From Gammaproteobacteria bacterium (lineage in GTDB: Bacteria > Pseudomonadota > Gammaproteobacteria > GCA-001735895), in assembly GCA_014382695.1 (NCBI GenBank), contig JACNJF010000142.1, positions 8,362 to 72,361 on the forward strand: 64,000 nt of DNA, given 5' to 3'. The translations under genes were made by a program, and so were the position numbers. This document shows positions 59,676-64,000 of the stretch, one piece after another (within the stretch, counting starts at the first letter, position 1; every line of letters starts with the position of its first letter). The notes below the pieces were generated by a model. The model saw nothing but the letters and a program-made list of their open reading frames with translations, was not told the DNA's origin and made no database searches.

Positions 59676-61964
59676 TTGAATCAAGTTCTACCAATAGCCA
59701 TCAAATGTTGTTACGCCATTTTTATTCTGATGCAGGCGGCCTTAAGCGTTCAGGCCCAGTCTCTCGATAAAGTTTCGCTGCAACTGGCCTGGAAGTATCA
59801 GTTTGAAACAGCCGGTTTTATTATGGCAAAGGAGAACGGCTACTATCAGGAAGCAGGCCTGGACGTCGAACTAAAGGAATACGCCACGGGGGTAGACATA
59901 GTCGAGGATGTGCTTAGCCAGAAAAGTAATTACGGGCTGCATAACTCCAGTGTGGTGATAGAGAATGGTAAGATTAAACCGGTTATTCTGATGGCTACCT
60001 ATTACCAGCAATCACCGCTGGTATTCGTGGTGTCGAAAGATATTAAAACGCCCAAGGATCTGATCGGTAAAAGTATCATGGGAACGACGGATGAGCTGAA
60101 GTACAGCTCACTGGCATTGCTGCTTAGTCACTTTTATGTGAATCGGAAAAACACCATTTTCACGGATCACAACTTTCATATTGAAGACTTTATCAGCGGT
60201 AAGGTTGCGGCGATGTCCGCTTTCCGGACCAATCAACTGTATCTGCTGGATAGTAAAAATATCGAATATAATATTATCGATCCGGCAGATTATGGCTTTT
60301 TTATGAGTGCCGTTAATCTGTTTACTTCACACTCAGAAGCCATCAACCAGACGGATAGAACCAGACGCTTTATTGAAGCATCTAATAAAGGCTGGACCTA
60401 TGCGCTGGAGCACCCTGAGGAAACGGTTTCCATCATCTATCAGAAATATTCCCAGCTCAAGAGCCCGGAAGCCCTGCTTTTCGAGGCTAGTGTTACACGC
60501 AAGATGATGCTGCTGGATTTTTTCGATATAGGTGCAACCAATAAAGATCTAAGCCTGCGTTCAGTCAGTCAGTTCCATTTCAGTGGCCTGCTTGAGCCTG
60601 ATCAACAACTGGGAAACTTCATATTTGAAGAAGTGTCACAGGAGTTTAGCAAGAATGTAAATTTTACCGACCAGCAAAAACTTTATCTGCAGGGGAAAAA
60701 GCAGATCAACATGTGTGTTGACCCCGAATGGATGCCGTTTGAAAGTATTCGGAATGGACAGCATATCGGTATAGCGGCGGATATTTTCGAAAAATTTAGC
60801 GCGTTTCTACCGATACCGATCCAGCTGGTTGAAACTCACAGCTGGCAGGAATCACTGTTCAGGGCAAAAAGTCGGGACTGCGATATTTTTTCACTGGCTT
60901 CTTCCACCGTTGAGCGCAACACCTACATGGACTTTACCTCTCCCTATATTAACCTTCCGATCGTCATGGCAACCAACATGGAAGAAATTTTTATAGCCGA
61001 TATCGAAACGGTGAAGCATAAAAAATTCGGCGTTGTCAAAGGCTATGCGATTGCAGACATTCTTCGGAAATCTTTCAGCGATATTAATATTGTCGATGTG
61101 AATTCCATTTCTGACGGGCTGAAGCGGGTAGAGAATGGTGAGCTGTATGGATACATCGATAACCTGATGGTGATTGCTGATGCGATACAGAAAGATTTTA
61201 CCGGTGTTTTGAAGGTGTCATCCCGCCTCAATGACGAAGTGCGGCTGGCGGTCGGTACACGAAATGATCAGCCCGAACTAAATCAGATCTTCGAGATACT
61301 GGTGCGGCATCTGGACGAGAAAAGTATGCAGTCCATCTACAATCGCTGGGTATCGGTAAAACAGGATGTAGCGTTTGATTACGGACTGTTCTGGAAATTG
61401 CTGGCCATTATTGTGTTTCTCTCAGTGGCGTATTTTTATTATTACATCAAGCTTAAAAGTCTGAATGTGGCACTGTTAAAGCTATCCATTACCGATAAAC
61501 TAACCGGTCTTTTCAATCGGGTAAAAATGGATCAGGTGTTAATCCAGTACAAGTCTGCGATGGATCGTTATGGAGCCAATACGGCGTTGATTTTACTGGA
61601 TGTTGATCTATTCAAGAATGTGAATGATACCTATGGGCATCCGGCGGGGGATGCCGTATTAATTGAGCTATCAAACCTGATTAAAAAAAATATCAGGAAG
61701 TCAGATTATGCCGGTCGCTGGGGTGGGGAAGAGTTTCTGATTGTGTGCCCAAATATTAATCAGGATGCGGCCAGAGTTCTGGCTGAAAAAATCAGCAATA
61801 AAATCAGAAAGCATGACTTCTCCGGTATCGGCAAGGTGACGGTTAGTGCAGGAGTGAGTGAATTTTCGAAACATCTCAGCGTACAGAAATCAATTTCTAA
61901 TGTGGATAAAGCGCTGTACCAGTCAAAACAGGGTGGCCGAGACAGAGTTACCGTGTATGCGTAA
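59676..61964 (+). CDS. diguanylate cyclase with two periplasmic substrate-binding domains (NMT1-like + SBP_bac_3-like), TM and GGDEF
   Basis: Signal peptide, two SBP-like domains, one TM (LAIIVFLSVAYFYYY) and RKSD-x5-GGEEF. Confidence 0.85.
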   Translation: MNQVLPIAIKCCYAIFILMQAALSVQAQSLDKVSLQLAWKYQFETAGFIMAKENGYYQEAGLDVELKEYATGVDIVEDVLSQKSNYGLHNSSVVIENGKIKPVILMATYYQQSPLVFVVSKDIKTPKDLIGKSIMGTTDELKYSSLALLLSHFYVNRKNTIFTDHNFHIEDFISGKVAAMSAFRTNQLYLLDSKNIEYNIIDPADYGFFMSAVNLFTSHSEAINQTDRTRRFIEASNKGWTYALEHPEETVSIIYQKYSQLKSPEALLFEASVTRKMMLLDFFDIGATNKDLSLRSVSQFHFSGLLEPDQQLGNFIFEEVSQEFSKNVNFTDQQKLYLQGKKQINMCVDPEWMPFESIRNGQHIGIAADIFEKFSAFLPIPIQLVETHSWQESLFRAKSRDCDIFSLASSTVERNTYMDFTSPYINLPIVMATNMEEIFIADIETVKHKKFGVVKGYAIADILRKSFSDINIVDVNSISDGLKRVENGELYGYIDNLMVIADAIQKDFTGVLKVSSRLNDEVRLAVGTRNDQPELNQIFEILVRHLDEKSMQSIYNRWVSVKQDVAFDYGLFWKLLAIIVFLSVAYFYYYIKLKSLNVALLKLSITDKLTGLFNRVKMDQVLIQYKSAMDRYGANTALILLDVDLFKNVNDTYGHPAGDAVLIELSNLIKKNIRKSDYAGRWGGEEFLIVCPNINQDAARVLAEKISNKIRKHDFSGIGKVTVSAGVSEFSKHLSVQKSISNVDKALYQSKQGGRDRVTVYA

Positions 61965-62033
61965 TTAAGTGAGATAAATCAATGCATAATCGATTAGAAA
62001 CGTAGCTGTAGAACTGATCTATGTAGTCACATT

Positions 62034-62381
62034 TCAGCTGTTTACGCCTATAACCGACTGGAACGCGACAGACAGTTCGGCACGCCCGACCTTATCGATA
62101 ATTTCCTGAGAGATCTGAACGATGGTGGCAAAAGGACCGGTCAGTAAAACCATACCGAGTTGCAGGGTTACGCGTTTATCTGCGATCGGGTTCATGCTGT
62201 TGGGGTGCTCAGGTGACACAAATATCATCTGAATTTCGCCCAGACCCGAAGGCATTTTTTCACAGCCACCACCGGGAGCAACATATTCGAACAGTTCTTC
62301 AGCGTTGCGGAAGGTGACGCTATCTTCCTTGAAGGTCTGTCCGCCCTTATGGACATTAAACTCTATCGTGATCGGCATCAT
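62034..62381 (-). CDS. hypothetical small cytosolic protein
   Basis: 115 aa starting MMPITIEFNV; no confident family. Immediately downstream of the DMT transporter. Confidence 0.4.
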   Translation of the reverse strand: MMPITIEFNVHKGGQTFKEDSVTFRNAEELFEYVAPGGGCEKMPSGLGEIQMIFVSPEHPNSMNPIADKRVTLQLGMVLLTGPFATIVQISQEIIDKVGRAELSVAFQSVIGVNS

Positions 62382-62460
62382 GGTTATTCTCCTTTTGTGA
62401 ATAAAACCAGTCTACTCCATCGCAATAAATCCGTATTTGTCCTGGGTCAAATAATTTCTC

Positions 62461-63372
62461 TCATCGAGGGTCGCTACGGATCGCTTCTGATGCGAGTCGG
62501 TAGCGTTTAGCCCAGGGCAGATATTTTGCGTACTGGTAAATCGCCAGCCCTGTCAGAATCAGCCCGGTTCCCAGCCAGATGCTCAGGTTCAGTGTTTCCT
62601 GGTTTAACCAGTTACCCAGAAACAGGGCGCTGACCGGGGTGATGAAGGTTATCAGTGCGACCTGTTCTGCATGCAGTTTTCTCAGACAAAAGAAATACAG
62701 TGGAAAACCCAGTGCGGTTCCCATGATTGCCAGATACAGGATCGCTGTCAGCGTTTGCACGGGGACATCCTGTGGCAGGCCGTGGAACAGGCTATTGATC
62801 ACGAAGAGCGGGGTGGCGATGATCAGACTACCGGTTGTCACTGAAATGGAAGGCAGCTCAGGATTCAGCTTTTTCAATAACACACCACTCAGGGAATGGA
62901 TGATGGAAGAAAAGGTGACGCCGGCAACCCCCCACCATGCATTGATCTCGATACTCAGACTTTCCGCAAACACCAGCGCCAGACCGCTGAGAGCGAGTAG
63001 CATTCCGAGAGTCTTAGCTGCGGTGAATGATCTTGTTCCCAGTATCAGCCGGGCAAACAAACTGGTAAAGAAAGGGGTCAGGCCAAAGATGACTGAAATC
63101 CAGCCGGATGGAATAAATTGTGCCGCCCAGTAGACGCTCGACATCGCCAGAAAGATTGGCAGGCCTCCGGCAAGATAGACTCGCAGATGAGGTTTATCCC
63201 AGGGTAAGGGCAGGCGCCATAATCGCACAATTAGCAGCAGAGCGAGTAGTCCGATAAGCATGCGGGTGGCTACGCCGAATTCATAGCCGACGTGGCGTCC
63301 ACTCCACTGTATCGCCAGAGGCGAAGTGCTCCAGATCATGATGACGGTTAAATAGGCGGAGATGATAGGCAC
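62461..63372 (-). CDS. DMT-superfamily (EamA-like) transporter
   Basis: 303 aa with about 10 TM segments and duplicated EamA halves. Confidence 0.8.
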   Translation of the reverse strand: MPIISAYLTVIMIWSTSPLAIQWSGRHVGYEFGVATRMLIGLLALLLIVRLWRLPLPWDKPHLRVYLAGGLPIFLAMSSVYWAAQFIPSGWISVIFGLTPFFTSLFARLILGTRSFTAAKTLGMLLALSGLALVFAESLSIEINAWWGVAGVTFSSIIHSLSGVLLKKLNPELPSISVTTGSLIIATPLFVINSLFHGLPQDVPVQTLTAILYLAIMGTALGFPLYFFCLRKLHAEQVALITFITPVSALFLGNWLNQETLNLSIWLGTGLILTGLAIYQYAKYLPWAKRYRLASEAIRSDPR

Positions 63373-63545
63373 ACTGTCGCTCTTAAGCTTAACGGATCAA
63401 CCATAGACTAACAAAAATCAGCAAGCTCTCAAGCACTTACCTGACGATGCCTGTATAGCGACCTTTACCCGCTCGAATCAGCAGCGTATATTTCAGGCTC
63501 CTGTAGAGCGTTTTTTTAACAGTTTGTAATTTTGTTGAGGCTATT

Positions 63546-64000
63546 ATGCACTGGTTTTCATCCCGAAAGTTTTTATTGCTGCTAATGATTGTAACATTTA
63601 AGTCGACCCTGGCAGCGCCACCCGATGGCTACAATTTTTTACCGTTGTCCGATGCAATGCAGCAGGCTGCCAGCGCGAAAAAGCCGGTTCTGCTCTATTT
63701 CGGGAGGTATGGTTGTAGCACCTGCCTGAAGATGCATAACGAAGTGTTCAGCGATGCAGCCCTGCATAAAAAATTAGCGCAAAATTTTGTGCTGGCCTAT
63801 GTCGATACCGAAAGTGGAAATCGCATACGGCTGGATAATGGCGAGCGCACCACAGAAATGCAGTTTGCGGCACGTAACAAGATTCTGGGGACGCCTACCT
63901 TTATCTATTTTTCGGATGAGCAACAGCCTGTCATGCGGCGCGCAGGATTCCAGAGTATTCAGCAAATGAGTGATTACAGTGACTTTGTATCTCTGGGGCA
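63546..64000 (+). CDS. thioredoxin-fold secreted protein (partial, runs off the window end)
   Basis: Signal peptide; YGCSTCLKM CxxC motif in a thioredoxin-like context. No stop before position 64000. Confidence 0.55.
   Translation, partial: MHWFSSRKFLLLLMIVTFKSTLAAPPDGYNFLPLSDAMQQAASAKKPVLLYFGRYGCSTCLKMHNEVFSDAALHKKLAQNFVLAYVDTESGNRIRLDNGERTTEMQFAARNKILGTPTFIYFSDEQQPVMRRAGFQSIQQMSDYSDFVSLG

Noticed and set aside
1-64000. Search for CRISPR arrays, IS elements, integrases and prophage genes
   Set aside because: No regularly spaced direct repeats and no transposase or integrase-like translations were seen in the six-frame track.

Overview
This is a chromosomal segment from a gammaproteobacterium of roughly 47-50% GC. 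It looks marine, possibly Thiotrichales- or Methylophaga-like, but that placement is inference only. No transposase, integrase, CRISPR array or rRNA/tRNA gene is evident; this is mostly core chromosome.

The window opens with a complete type IV pilus locus on the minus strand. The order is pilA, pilB, pilC, pilD and coaE, followed by the pilS/pilR two-component pair. A sigma-54 promoter and TGTC repeats resembling PilR sites lie upstream of pilA.

The housekeeping genes that follow are:
- sucCD and dksA
- a pfam06189-like 5'-nucleotidase and argA
- argD-argF, with a degenerate-GGDEF membrane protein between argA and argF
- sodB, asnB, grxD, rnt-pyrC
- the pyruvate dehydrogenase operon aceE-aceF-lpdA, in which the E3 carries an N-terminal lipoyl domain

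The second half is accessory and signalling-rich:
- an AT-rich islet encoding an outer-membrane beta-barrel and a Cys-rich lipoprotein
- a DUF748/AsmA-like protein, a YbfF-like esterase and a MotY-like OmpA protein, which implies a Na+-type polar flagellar motor
- an orphan DUF2384-like protein paired with an HTH/coiled-coil protein
- a cyclic-di-GMP supercluster: a membrane PAS-GGDEF-EAL protein, an HDOD-histidine kinase overlapping a REC-PAS-GGDEF-EAL regulator by 4 bp, and a COG3044 ABC-class ATPase
- DUF1924 and a diheme cytochrome c, converging on and overlapping a YdiJ-like Fe-S flavoprotein that is itself adjacent to a DUF1338/HglS-like gene, suggesting a 2-oxoadipate to D-2-hydroxyglutarate to 2-oxoglutarate module
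- an OmpA protein with tandem thrombospondin-type-3 repeats
- an OmpR-type regulator, a LysM-FecR protein and a CHASE2 histidine kinase in one operon
- a DUF3365 protein with a CxxCH motif, divergent from a GGDEF cyclase carrying two periplasmic binding domains

The best candidates for under-described systems are the HglS-YdiJ pair with its cytochromes, the HDOD kinase with its GGDEF-EAL regulator, the CHASE2 triad and the DUF2384-like pair. Product names are recognised from ORF-track translations by motifs and remembered homologues; no database search was run and no start codon has been verified by computation.
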